Assembly (NCBI GenBank): GCA_965230925.1
Contig: OZ246403.1
Coordinates: 266,455 to 330,454 of the forward strand
Length of the DNA stretch: 64,000 bases
Direction of reading: 5' to 3'
Source: an uncultured Candidatus Saccharibacteria bacterium
GTDB taxonomy: Bacteria; Patescibacteriota; Minisyncoccia; Phycocordibacterales; JACOZG01
Shown here: piece after piece, positions 1 through 9,659 of the stretch
Layout: the number at the start of each line of letters is the position of its first letter
Position numbering within the stretch: the stretch's first letter is position 1
The notes under the pieces: model-generated
What the model was told of the DNA's origin: nothing
The model's input: only the letters and a program-made list of their open reading frames with translations
Databases searched by the model: none
Program-made: the position numbers and the translations under genes

Positions 1-811
1 CGTCAAGACCCTCACTCTTTTTCTTAGTCAGATCAATGTCGGTAGATCCAACCACCTCAGCCAAAAAGTACTTCACCTGTTTCCGAATTTTCCCCTTCTC
101 GGGGTCAGAAGCAATATACTCGTTTGAGCCAAGCGGTGCAATAACCTTAATCTCGAGCGACATTTCTTCTTTAATCTCCCGACAAGCACCCTCTTCTGCC
201 TTCTCGCTTGCGTCTACGTGACCCTTCGAGAGCGTCCAGTAACCGAAGATATCGTGCACCAGCGCCAATTTAATATCCTTACCAAACTTGGCATACACCA
301 CCGCGCCACAAAGGGTCTCAATGGGCATCTCATCATAGGGCACATCTTTCGGTCGACGCTTCTTGGCGGGCACATCGTCCTTACCTGGTTCACCAATTTC
401 GCGGTAAACAGTGCCAAGCACACCATTCACAAACTTGCCGCTATTCTCGCCGCCGAAAGTCTTCGCCACTTCAATGGCTTCATTAATAGCCACCTTGGCC
501 GGCACCTCGCCACGATCGGCAAACAAGAGTTCATAGAGACCAATCCGGAGCACATTGCGGTCCACAGCCGCAATAAGATCAATCGGCCAGTCCGGAGCGG
601 CCTTCTCAATAATTTCGTCGAGCTGGGGCTTGTGATCAATCACCCCGTCTACGAGACGTTCAATAAAAGATGAATCCTCGAGGCCGGGAGCAAATTCTTC
701 AATATTTGCTTGAATAATCTCCGGCAATTTCTGCCGATTACTTGCATCAGTTACGTCCCATTCAAACAAGGACTGCATTGCAATGCTGCGTGATAAATGT
801 CGATTAGCCAT
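1..811 (-). CDS. nusB: NusB (transcription antitermination factor) fused to a C-terminal NUDIX hydrolase domain; 3' end runs off the window
   Basis: Manual reverse-strand translation from the ATG at 811 gives an open frame of 270 codons with no stop. Residues 1-145 are NusB-like (LRIGLYELLF, AINEAIEVAK). Residues about 180-240 carry a NUDIX box: GHVDASEKAEEGACREIKEEMSL fits Gx5Ex7REUxEExGU. The ORF is absent from the track only because it has no stop inside the window. Confidence 0.7.
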   Translation of the reverse strand, partial: MANRHLSRSIAMQSLFEWDVTDASNRQKLPEIIQANIEEFAPGLEDSSFIERLVDGVIDHKPQLDEIIEKAAPDWPIDLIAAVDRNVLRIGLYELLFADRGEVPAKVAINEAIEVAKTFGGENSGKFVNGVLGTVYREIGEPGKDDVPAKKRRPKDVPYDEMPIETLCGAVVYAKFGKDIKLALVHDIFGYWTLSKGHVDASEKAEEGACREIKEEMSLEIKVIAPLGSNEYIASDPEKGKIRKQVKYFLAEVVGSTDIDLTKKKSEGLD

Positions 812-871
812 CGAGGTGCTGATTCAATTGTAGCAGAAAAAGAAAGGGAACGTTGGGGAAAAACTCTTGCG

Positions 872-1108
872 TTAGCGAGCGGCTGGCTGACTAGCGGCGC
901 TTTTCTTGCGCTTGTCTTCAGCCTTCTTGGCCTTAGCCACCATGTCGAAGACCTGCCGGCCACGATAGAAGCCGCAGGTTAAGCAGGCCCGGTGGCGCAA
1001 GTGAGCCGCGCCACAATTAGCGCATTTCGAAAGGCGCGGCCCAGTGAGCGCGTGGTGCGACCGGCGATTGCCGGTGTGCGCCCGAGTATGTCGCATCCGA
1101 ATTACCAT
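872..1108 (-). CDS. rpmF: 50S ribosomal protein L32
   Basis: 78 aa. RRSHHALT motif plus a C-x2-C ... C-x2-C zinc ribbon (CANCGAAHLRHRACLTCGFYRGRQV) typical of bL32. Confidence 0.85.
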   Translation of the reverse strand: MVIRMRHTRAHTGNRRSHHALTGPRLSKCANCGAAHLRHRACLTCGFYRGRQVFDMVAKAKKAEDKRKKSAASQPAAR

Positions 1109-1135
1109 AGGCCAAAGAGTATATCGAACTCGAGC

Positions 1136-3421
1136 TTATTCGGCAAGCCCCGTCCGAGAGTTATCATGATGGAAGGTCGGCCAGGAGCCAGGACTATTAA
1201 AGTTACCGCCAAAATCAAACACCCTCAATTCAGACCCTTGAACACTGCCATCATAAGACTTAATGTGTAGCAAATCAGACTGGCCGTCGCGCTGAAGATC
1301 AGCGATGGTCGCAGGCATGGACTTAATTCCTTGACGATTCCATTCTGGATGGAGCCCTATTGGCATCCCCGGCAGAAGACTTAAGTCGCTTCTATAAATA
1401 TATATATCGTCACCCGTTGGAATCGTCCCATCATTCTCTCCTTCCACTGCATAAACTAACTCCAAATCACCTCCGGGTTCTATATCATCGATGAGCCAGT
1501 TCCATGGTTCATGAGAGTGAAGGTGTTCCATAATAACTGGAGGATGAGCTACTCCAGAGGACTCATAGATAAAAGTGAGACCGGTACCAGCATTAAAAGA
1601 ACAAATGAAAATAATTTCTGTGGTGCCGTTATGATCCAAGTCTGCTGCCGATGGGCTATGAATCCAATTATCGCCAATGCAATACTCATCATAGTTAGTG
1701 TGAACATAGGGTCTCTGTGGCCAACCCGCAAGATCGGCACTATCTGGCTCTAACACATTAATAACAGCACGGTGAAAATTGAGGCCGAAGGGTGGATCAT
1801 AGTTTTCATGGCCAATAAACATTACATTGAGAGAGCCGTTATTATCGAAATCACCAAGAACCGGTGATTGGCGACTTAATTCTGGTGAAGCATATGCTTT
1901 GGGCCACCCGGGCAACTCTGAAGCATCCTGATAATGAACCGCGTGGAGTCTGGTGGTGGGAAGCTCTGATGTTTCTGGGGGAGCAAAAAACGCTTCGCCC
2001 AAATTAAACACAATTTCTACCTCACCATCACCATCTAGGTCACCGATCGCTGGACTGCCAGCTAAATTATGAGACAAAACACCGTCGGACCCGTCGATTG
2101 CAGCTGATTTTATAATAGGATAGTGGGAATTAAACAACTCACCATTAAGTCGGAAAACGAACAGCTTCGCTTCGTCCACCTGATTGGCATTTCTCCCAAA
2201 CCCTTTAGTAATTAATTCTTTCGTTCCATCATGATCAAGATCATAAGCCAGAACCGCAGGGATTGTCCCTGGTTGACTACCCAAGTCTCGCCCACCATTC
2301 GGCCAAAAACTGGCCAGAGTACCATCATAATTTAAAACCAATAACCGATTACTGAAATCGCTTCCACTCGTAATTTGAATAATGGGCAGAAGTTCTAATA
2401 ATCCATCATTATTAAGATCAGCGATACTCATAGGAGTAACTCTGGTTGACGAAACAATCCCACTACTCCCCCCAGAAACTCCACTTCGTGCTACTAAATC
2501 TACCGGGAAATTAGGTAAATCATTACCACTGGAATCAAGACCATAAAGACGACCGTTAATACCTAAGGCAAAGATCTCTGAGTGACCATTACCATCTACA
2601 TCAGCCACCGTTGGGCCCCAAATACGGACTCCAGGGAATTGTCGAACAAAATCTTCGGAAATTGAAACATTGGTAGGAGTAATGTTAATCGAGGTTGTTT
2701 CCACATCAACACCACCACAATTGTCGGTAACTGTGAGAGTCACATCATAATTGCCTAGAGAAGCATAGGTATGAGTGGCGGTAGCACCAGTGCCCGTGGT
2801 ACCGTCACCAAAATTCCAAGCGTAATTAGTAATATTGCCGTCAGTATCATCTGATTCTGAGGCGTCGAAACGTTGAGGATAATTTACACTACCAGCCGTT
2901 GGTCCAAAGAAATCAGTGGTTGGCAAAACATTGTTTGAACAGGGATCAAGCGCAACCACATTAAGATGAATCTGGAAATTAGCGGCTGCTCCACAATTGT
3001 CGGTCACAGTAAGGGTGATTGTCTTGTTTCCGGTGGTGGTATAGCTGTGCACGGCTGTGGAGCCAGAACCGTTACTACCATCTCCAAAATTCCAAGAATA
3101 GGTGGTGATAGAACCACCCTGATCGGAAGAACCAAGGGCGTTGAAGAGAACGGGGGTATTAACAGTCACCTGTCCCGCTGGCTCAGAGAAAGCCAGTGGC
3201 ACTGGAGGGGTGTTGTTTGCACAGGGTGCAGGGTTGGTGGTCCACTCAAGCAATGGTTCGGTGTTTCTTGGCACCGCCACTGGTGTTCCTTTACCAGGTG
3301 ACACCAGGGCTAGAAAACCGTCTGGTAAAATCGAAGAAGAAAGAAGATAACTGACATAGAAAATCACGATAAAAAACAAAATAAGTTTCAATAACCGAGG
3401 GGGAAATTCTGGTTGGGCCAT
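1136..3421 (-). CDS. Large secreted/cell-surface protein with tandem PKD domains and FG-GAP/VCBS (integrin-alpha-like beta-propeller) repeats
   Basis: 761 aa with an N-terminal TM/signal segment. Two PKD-like units are present (TITLTVTDNCGAAANF, YDVTLTVTDNCGGVD). Seven or more D-x-[DN]-x-[DN]-G repeats follow (DVDGNGHSEIF, ADLNNDGLLELL, YDLDHDGTKELI, GDLDGDGEVEIVF, GDFDNNGSLNVMF, ADLDHNGTTEIIF, ADLQRDGQSDLL). Confidence 0.75.
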   Translation of the reverse strand: MAQPEFPPRLLKLILFFIVIFYVSYLLSSSILPDGFLALVSPGKGTPVAVPRNTEPLLEWTTNPAPCANNTPPVPLAFSEPAGQVTVNTPVLFNALGSSDQGGSITTYSWNFGDGSNGSGSTAVHSYTTTGNKTITLTVTDNCGAAANFQIHLNVVALDPCSNNVLPTTDFFGPTAGSVNYPQRFDASESDDTDGNITNYAWNFGDGTTGTGATATHTYASLGNYDVTLTVTDNCGGVDVETTSINITPTNVSISEDFVRQFPGVRIWGPTVADVDGNGHSEIFALGINGRLYGLDSSGNDLPNFPVDLVARSGVSGGSSGIVSSTRVTPMSIADLNNDGLLELLPIIQITSGSDFSNRLLVLNYDGTLASFWPNGGRDLGSQPGTIPAVLAYDLDHDGTKELITKGFGRNANQVDEAKLFVFRLNGELFNSHYPIIKSAAIDGSDGVLSHNLAGSPAIGDLDGDGEVEIVFNLGEAFFAPPETSELPTTRLHAVHYQDASELPGWPKAYASPELSRQSPVLGDFDNNGSLNVMFIGHENYDPPFGLNFHRAVINVLEPDSADLAGWPQRPYVHTNYDEYCIGDNWIHSPSAADLDHNGTTEIIFICSFNAGTGLTFIYESSGVAHPPVIMEHLHSHEPWNWLIDDIEPGGDLELVYAVEGENDGTIPTGDDIYIYRSDLSLLPGMPIGLHPEWNRQGIKSMPATIADLQRDGQSDLLHIKSYDGSVQGSELRVFDFGGNFNSPGSWPTFHHDNSRTGLAE

Positions 3422-3431
3422 TTTATTAAAA

Positions 3432-6400
3432 TTAATTAAAATTCGGCAAGCTGGTGAGGCGCTGAATCAAGAGGATCAGGAGGTGCACAATAACAAGCAA
3501 CCTTTGACGCATCGTGGCTAAAATACCGGTTTGAGGAATGAGCTCGAAGGGAATGATGACGGTTTTCCCTTGATAGAGCTGATTCAATTTGGCGCGGGTG
3601 CTTGGACCAGCGAGGCCAAAACCCTCGCCGCCAGGACCAGTAATAGAATTTTCCAGTTGGAATCGCTTCACCGCCTCAGCCGTAGCCACATCATACCGAC
3701 GAGTGAAAGCACCGAGATAATATCCATTCACCGAGAGCATGTATTGCAGAATTTCTACCTGATCTCCCTCGCTAATACCGATGGCGAACGGACCAGTGAC
3801 CGCAGGCAAAACATAGCTCTGTCCAGCCGGCATGGTGGCCGCACCAGTATCAAGCGCCACCGTCGGTCGGCCATAAATATCGTACCCTGGGGTACCCTCA
3901 AGATCGCCACCAATACCACCGCGACTTCCTCCCCCACCACCCCCTCCGCCGCCGCCTCCACCAGAAGAACCACCGCCATCATCCTCATCTGCGGGAGTAT
4001 CGTCAGTTGGATCATCGTCTGAAGAGTCGGCTTCAAAGAAGTCTATAAGCGCTCGGTATCTGGGCGCGTCGGCTTCTGTTTGGCCAAGGTGCTCGAGAGC
4101 TCCCCAAGAACCAAATTCATTTGGCGTTCTAACATAAAGATAATGAGAGAAAACGCCACCGGTTATCTCGAACCAAGAATTAAGATAATCAACATAAATA
4201 TCGTACATTCGATCGTCACGATTGGCGGCTAGCAATTTAGCAGTTAAAGTTGAGTTATTGGTATTGCTACCTGTGGCCACCAGAGATTGACCTCCTTCGT
4301 AAGAAATAAGTGGTAAATTGTAAGCATCAGCAACAGTTTTATTGGCCTCCATTCGCGCCACCGCTTGGGGTAAATAAGTGTCTTCTAATTCATCGAGAAT
4401 GGTGTCCGTTGTGGCAGAATTCACTTGATTGTTGGTTACCAAGTCATCGGCAAGACCATTGCCAAAGTAAGGCGCGATCGCCACCGCATCAGCCTCAACT
4501 TCAGCCGAATTAATTCCCGACTCACTAAAGGCCGATAAAATATCGCTCAAAACCTGAGAACTCCCCGCTTGACCAGCAAGAACATTAATCACCCGATTGC
4601 TCTCATTGCCAAACTCAGTTTCAAAAATTTCAAAAATTTCGGCTGATCGCTTGGCATAAAACCTTCTGCGAGCGGCAGTGGCGCTACCGGAAAGCCCTTG
4701 AGCCAAACCTTCGGTCTCGGCATAGTCGTATTGGGTAAATTGCGGATTCCACACTTCATTGGAGTACTCCACATAAACTTCAAGCTGTGGGTCAAGATTA
4801 TCTTTAATCAGGCTCGCTAACTCCTGAACGTAATCATCATCTGCCAAGTGAGGAATGGTAAACCAAGGATCGATGTTAAGTTCATTGGCGAGCATAATGC
4901 TGTATTCGGGAGCGGGACCCTGACTCCGCGCTTGAGTGACATGATTAAGAGTGGTTCGCTCATCCCAGGTAGACATAAGTTGACCATTAGTACGGATCCA
5001 GTTCATCAAACGCAAAGCGGAAAAACCTTCGAGCTTAGTTAAGAAAGGTGGATAAAATGGCTCAGTGGCATAAGTACTCTCATAACCTGGCATAATGACT
5101 CGAATATTACTTACTGGATCCGCCACATCAGAACGCGTGATCGACAAACGAATGCCATTACTCGAAGGACTAGAAACAGTGAATTGATGCGTCCCGGTAC
5201 CGCCAGCTTGATCGAAGGTGCCAGAAGCATCGCGGCCCATTGTAATTTCACCATCACCTTCAAACATAAGAGTATAAGTGCCGCTCGGATACGTGCCAGA
5301 ACTCACATCGAGCATTACCGCCGACACAATTTGCGGTTGAGCAACTCCGTTGTCGTAAGGAATCTCAAGCGGATAGCCGAGACTGTCGGTCGGAACTGTC
5401 ACCCCACTCGAACTAAAGCTTCCAACATTACTTGCCACCCAAGGATTACTCCCACTTGAACCAGCTTGTTTGAACACATCGACGAAAACAATTTGGGTAT
5501 TGGAACTACGAATGGCATCGAGATTAATACCAATGGGACCGCCAGTGGGTACCGGATCGGGATCAACTACTGGCGCGGCACTTACTGTAATAGTTAAAGT
5601 GTCACTCGCGGAAAGAGCTCCATCGCTCACCAAAAGATTTAAAACATAAGTACCGGCCGTTGAGAAAGTGACGGTGGTACTCAAAGCGCTCGCATTGCTA
5701 AAAGTTACAGACGCGGGACCACTTACCGTACTCCAGGTATAGGTGAGAGTGTCGCTTGGAAGATCATCGTCAGTGGCGCTACCGCTTAAGCTCGCCGTGC
5801 TCGGGAGAGTAATGGCCTGATCACTGCCAGCATTCACACTCGGCGCTTGGTTAACCGGATCAGGATCAGCTTCCACATAGGCAAATTCCATTGCCCCGGC
5901 ATCGCAATCGGTACTTGGCCGAAGATTGCCGAACATGTCGCGCGGCACGGAGTCATGACAGACACCAATATCGGTACCGGGAGCCGAGCCACTTGAAAGA
6001 GCAAATTCATCGAGATTGGTGTAGGGCCAAGATCCCGTCCAAGGATTAGTCGATGTTTTTAAATTACACGAACCCGGACCGGTCGAGGAGCCACAGAATG
6101 TCATACCCGGAAAAGTGGTAGGGAATACGCCTGAACCATCGGCGTCATAGTAAAGATTATTATCAACTCTAATATCAGTAGCCTCGGTAACGGCTCCTTG
6201 TGTGCCCCAGAAACCGTGACTAGAACCGGTGTTTGCACCAACCACAAAGCTATTGTTGTAAACCCGCCAATGATCGGGCTCGTGGTAACTCGCATTACCG
6301 CTCTGCTCCGTACTACATTCCTCTATTCCAATTGCCGTGGCACTACTCGAGTTCTGGCCGTAACGCGTGCCGTCAAAAACATTGTTAGAAATTAATAAAC

Positions 6401-9008
6401 CCTGGACTTTGGTGTGAAGCGTCATGCGAACAGTAGAATTGGCCCGGGCCGAAGTGTCTGAAGAAAACACATTGCCTGTCATGCGATCATAGCGATGCCA
6501 CTCTTTAACCTTATCAACACCACAGTCGGTGGCGGTGAAGCCAACCATGGCGGTCTGAGTGTATTTACAAGCTGAAACATAGTTATCGACAAACATCTCA
6601 TCTTGGCTCGGGAAATCGCCAGCCGCATCAATGTTCAAACCATTTCTCATTGAGAGAATTCCCCCACCGCGCGAACCAATAGAAGCGGTACCCGATTCAT
6701 ATTCATGACCACAACCGATAACTTCAGCCGCCACACCAAGCGGATCGGCACCAGGATTCAAGAGTCCCCAATCATTGTGGGCCATGTAACCCTTGTCGGT
6801 ATATTTGAACCGGCCATTGAAACTGCTACCGTAATTACCATTTGTTTGTACGGTCCCAGCTAAGTCATCGCCGCTCATTGAGCCAGCCATGGCAAAGTAC
6901 TTCACCGTAGTGTAAATATTGGCGAGACCAGAGAGATTGGGTTGAGCACCCGGGCCGTATTGCGCCGCACTATCAATGAAGGCAATTTGATTATGGACAT
7001 CACCGGCGTCGAGATCGCAGGACGGGAAATTGTTGCAGTGCATATAGAGCGCCACGTCGAAGCGGTTAATATCGACGCGAAGCCACAAAGCGCGGTTGAT
7101 GACGGTGGTATTACTCGAATTGAAGGCCACCCCCGAACCATTATTTGCCACATCCGTTTTCCCTTGAACCGTCAGGTCGACAAACTGGAAATCGGAAGTG
7201 TTATCGGTGAAATTAATGAAATTGTTGTTTGGCGAAGCAGATGTGTCGAGCCAAATTGGTTTAGCACCCGAACCGTAAGCGCCAAAATATTTAGAACCGC
7301 TCGGGATCGTGATTGCACTCGCTGAAGCATAACTCTCACCACGTTGGAAAAGACAACGCTTGGCACCCGTGCAATGCGTAATAATCGCTTGCGAGAGCGG
7401 GCTGGCGCCGGTGGCCTGAACTACAGTTGCTCCTGCCGGGCAACCAGTGGTCACGCCAGCAACCGGAACAGTTGTAGTGTAAACACAAACCGTATTTGTG
7501 CCCGACCAATTACTATCGGCGCTCGTGACGGTAATTTGCGCCGTCGCCGTGGAGCCGTTCACATCGAGAGTGGCAGTATAAACTCCCGGCGTCTCGTAAA
7601 CGTGGAAGCCAACGACGCCAGTATCCGTGTCGCTATTCTTAGACGGTGCGTCGCCATTGCGATACAAAGCACCGCGCGACCAAGTACCAGCGCCGGTATC
7701 GCCGTAATCGTAGTTGTAATCGAGAAAGAGTCGCTCATCAGTGGTGCCCAAATTACTATCAGTCGTACCCGAAGCATCGAACCAGATGGCGCACGGCGCT
7801 ACGCAAGAGGTGCGAGTAGGCACAAGAGAAGGTGTTACCACTCCACTCACCGGTTCTACTTCAACCGCGCCGCCGGCATCCGGTGTCCAAGAGAAGTCCA
7901 CACCCTCGAGCGCGCCACCGGCGTCAATCGTCGCGCGATAAATCATTGTGCTACCACCCAAGCAGCTTGAAGAACTATCAGTACCGCCATCGCTAAGGTC
8001 ACACCAGGTAGAACCATCATCGGTACTATATTCTAGATCCACGGAACCGCCGGGCGTATCATCCCAACTCGTCGTAATATCAGTGAAAGCCCCTGTTGAA
8101 ATATCAGCGGACTCAAAAGTCCCGCTCGCCGCGCCACTACCGTCAACCACCGCACTGGCGAGCGCCGTAATTTCTCCATCAGAAAGAATTCGATCCCAAA
8201 TCGCCACCTCGTCAATCAAACCATTAAAATTGTGCTCACTCGCATTACTTCTGGCGCCAATGAAAGTCTGCGCCGCGAGAGAAGAACCAGTCGGAGCTGA
8301 AGTGGCCGCATCCGTGCCACACTCTGATCCATTAATGAAAGCGCGCGCCGTGGTACCACTAATGGTATATCCGACCTGAGTCCAAGTGTTGAGCGGCACC
8401 GCGGTTGAACAGGTGATGAGTACGCCATAATCATTTTCTACCCTGAACTGGCCGGTGTCATTGATCTGCAAACGGAGAATCTCGTCGGTCCCACCACTCG
8501 TGATAGAGCCGTGAATAATGCTGTAGCGACTGGCTGCCGCTGGCGTACCAGCGCGATTAATCCAAGCCGAAACCGTAAGCGTAGAAACACTGCTCACGCT
8601 AAGGGTCGGCAGCGTAATAGAGTCCCCAGTACCGTCGAGGGTGCAAGCTTGGCTAAATTGGCCGCCCGAAGAACAAGAAGCATCTCCATTCAGCGTACCA
8701 TTAGCGCTTCCCGCACTATCATTAGCATTGCCATCCATGTGCCACAGCATCACTGGTCCACCCGAGCCGCCACTTGCTTCAATTGCGCTTGAGCTATCCC
8801 AAGCCACATTGCTAAAACTCGCCTGATCAACGTAATCGAGGTCATCAAAATCGTCGAAGAAAGTGTCCACACCGAGATCAGCCGGCGCGGCGAGCTGGCC
8901 GCCCTGCTGACTCAACTGGCTAATCTCAGAAAAACCAGACCACAGCCCAATAATGAGAAAGAGAAAAGTGACAACAGCAATTAACTTCAGATGATGAATC
9001 TTGTCCAC
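3432..9008 (-). CDS. Giant (1858 aa) multidomain surface protein: N-terminal TM anchor, LamG/concanavalin-like lectin domain, parallel beta-helix (pectate-lyase-like) region, Ig/cadherin-like domain, TIM-barrel glycoside-hydrolase-like domain, poly-Gly linker, C-terminal peptidoglycan-binding domain (PG_binding_1-like)
   Basis: Uninterrupted 5.6-kb ORF. The LamG-like segment is TLSAWINRAG...LRLQINDTGQFRV...NGLIDEVAIWDR. NNVFDG-type beta-helix rungs follow. The Ig-like segment is SDTLTYTWSTVSGPASVTF...TYVLNLLVSDGAL. The GH-like segment is EVYVEYSNEVWNPQF. A G16 run is present. The C-terminal GDQVEILQYMLSVNGYY...AVKRFQ matches the PG_binding_1 pattern. Confidence 0.8.
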   Translation of the reverse strand: MDKIHHLKLIAVVTFLFLIIGLWSGFSEISQLSQQGGQLAAPADLGVDTFFDDFDDLDYVDQASFSNVAWDSSSAIEASGGSGGPVMLWHMDGNANDSAGSANGTLNGDASCSSGGQFSQACTLDGTGDSITLPTLSVSSVSTLTVSAWINRAGTPAAASRYSIIHGSITSGGTDEILRLQINDTGQFRVENDYGVLITCSTAVPLNTWTQVGYTISGTTARAFINGSECGTDAATSAPTGSSLAAQTFIGARSNASEHNFNGLIDEVAIWDRILSDGEITALASAVVDGSGAASGTFESADISTGAFTDITTSWDDTPGGSVDLEYSTDDGSTWCDLSDGGTDSSSSCLGGSTMIYRATIDAGGALEGVDFSWTPDAGGAVEVEPVSGVVTPSLVPTRTSCVAPCAIWFDASGTTDSNLGTTDERLFLDYNYDYGDTGAGTWSRGALYRNGDAPSKNSDTDTGVVGFHVYETPGVYTATLDVNGSTATAQITVTSADSNWSGTNTVCVYTTTVPVAGVTTGCPAGATVVQATGASPLSQAIITHCTGAKRCLFQRGESYASASAITIPSGSKYFGAYGSGAKPIWLDTSASPNNNFINFTDNTSDFQFVDLTVQGKTDVANNGSGVAFNSSNTTVINRALWLRVDINRFDVALYMHCNNFPSCDLDAGDVHNQIAFIDSAAQYGPGAQPNLSGLANIYTTVKYFAMAGSMSGDDLAGTVQTNGNYGSSFNGRFKYTDKGYMAHNDWGLLNPGADPLGVAAEVIGCGHEYESGTASIGSRGGGILSMRNGLNIDAAGDFPSQDEMFVDNYVSACKYTQTAMVGFTATDCGVDKVKEWHRYDRMTGNVFSSDTSARANSTVRMTLHTKVQGLLISNNVFDGTRYGQNSSSATAIGIEECSTEQSGNASYHEPDHWRVYNNSFVVGANTGSSHGFWGTQGAVTEATDIRVDNNLYYDADGSGVFPTTFPGMTFCGSSTGPGSCNLKTSTNPWTGSWPYTNLDEFALSSGSAPGTDIGVCHDSVPRDMFGNLRPSTDCDAGAMEFAYVEADPDPVNQAPSVNAGSDQAITLPSTASLSGSATDDDLPSDTLTYTWSTVSGPASVTFSNASALSTTVTFSTAGTYVLNLLVSDGALSASDTLTITVSAAPVVDPDPVPTGGPIGINLDAIRSSNTQIVFVDVFKQAGSSGSNPWVASNVGSFSSSGVTVPTDSLGYPLEIPYDNGVAQPQIVSAVMLDVSSGTYPSGTYTLMFEGDGEITMGRDASGTFDQAGGTGTHQFTVSSPSSNGIRLSITRSDVADPVSNIRVIMPGYESTYATEPFYPPFLTKLEGFSALRLMNWIRTNGQLMSTWDERTTLNHVTQARSQGPAPEYSIMLANELNIDPWFTIPHLADDDYVQELASLIKDNLDPQLEVYVEYSNEVWNPQFTQYDYAETEGLAQGLSGSATAARRRFYAKRSAEIFEIFETEFGNESNRVINVLAGQAGSSQVLSDILSAFSESGINSAEVEADAVAIAPYFGNGLADDLVTNNQVNSATTDTILDELEDTYLPQAVARMEANKTVADAYNLPLISYEGGQSLVATGSNTNNSTLTAKLLAANRDDRMYDIYVDYLNSWFEITGGVFSHYLYVRTPNEFGSWGALEHLGQTEADAPRYRALIDFFEADSSDDDPTDDTPADEDDGGGSSGGGGGGGGGGGGSRGGIGGDLEGTPGYDIYGRPTVALDTGAATMPAGQSYVLPAVTGPFAIGISEGDQVEILQYMLSVNGYYLGAFTRRYDVATAEAVKRFQLENSITGPGGEGFGLAGPSTRAKLNQLYQGKTVIIPFELIPQTGILATMRQRLLVIVHLLILLIQRLTSLPNFN

Positions 9009-9017
9009 GCTTTTTCT

Positions 9018-9659
9018 TTATTGTAGCCCAATAAATGAGCGACAAAAAGTCCGCCGGTGGATAAGGGAAAGGCCGTGGGTCACAATCGCCCGGCGATGCG
9101 CGATGGTACCGTAACCTTTGTGAATTTCAAAACCATAATTGGGATATTTTTTAGCAATTCGAACCATGTGGCGATCGCGCGTAACCTTAGCCACAATCGA
9201 TGCCAGCGCAATAATCGGCTCGCTTTCGTCACCGCGAATAATCGTTTTTTGATTAAGAAATTCTTCTGGCGCTTTTAAACTCCCATCAAGTAGCACCTTG
9301 CATTCACTGGGTTGGACTTTTAATTTAATTAAGCATCGCTCGATCCCAATTTTAATCGCCACACTAATCCCCTTTTTATCAATCACCTGATGGCTCACTA
9401 GACTTACCGCAAAATCGAGCTCTCCGGTCTTTTTTGCCTCTTTAATTTTAGTAAACCAAGCTTCCCTTTGAGTTTCAGTCAATTGCTTAGAATCTTTCAT
9501 CTTGGCCCGTTTTTTAGAGATCCTGGTGACAACCACCCCCACCGCCACCGGTCCAGCCAAGGGTCCCCGCCCAGCTTCATCAATACCAATTAAATACCTA
9601 AATTTCTTTCCTTTGCTATAATCCGATCGATGTTTGTTCATCTGCATAATCACAGCCAT
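9018..9659 (-). CDS. rnhB: Ribonuclease HII
   Basis: GIDEAGRGPLAGPVAVGVVV catalytic motif. The start is ambiguous: Met codons at 9659, 9647 and 9641. The gene is divergent from dnaE and overlaps its start. Confidence 0.85.
   Translation of the reverse strand: MAVIMQMNKHRSDYSKGKKFRYLIGIDEAGRGPLAGPVAVGVVVTRISKKRAKMKDSKQLTETQREAWFTKIKEAKKTGELDFAVSLVSHQVIDKKGISVAIKIGIERCLIKLKVQPSECKVLLDGSLKAPEEFLNQKTIIRGDESEPIIALASIVAKVTRDRHMVRIAKKYPNYGFEIHKGYGTIAHRRAIVTHGLSLIHRRTFCRSFIGLQ

Noticed and set aside
218-673. 151-aa plus-strand ORF, and minus-strand ORFs 214..426 and 427..639
   Set aside because: All are out-of-frame or antisense to the NusB-NUDIX reading frame, which is supported by domain motifs.
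3900-3960. Poly-Gly coding run (GGGGGGGGGGGGGGGG) inside the giant protein
   Set aside because: Simple in-frame codon repeat acting as an interdomain linker. It is not a CRISPR or tandem-repeat element.
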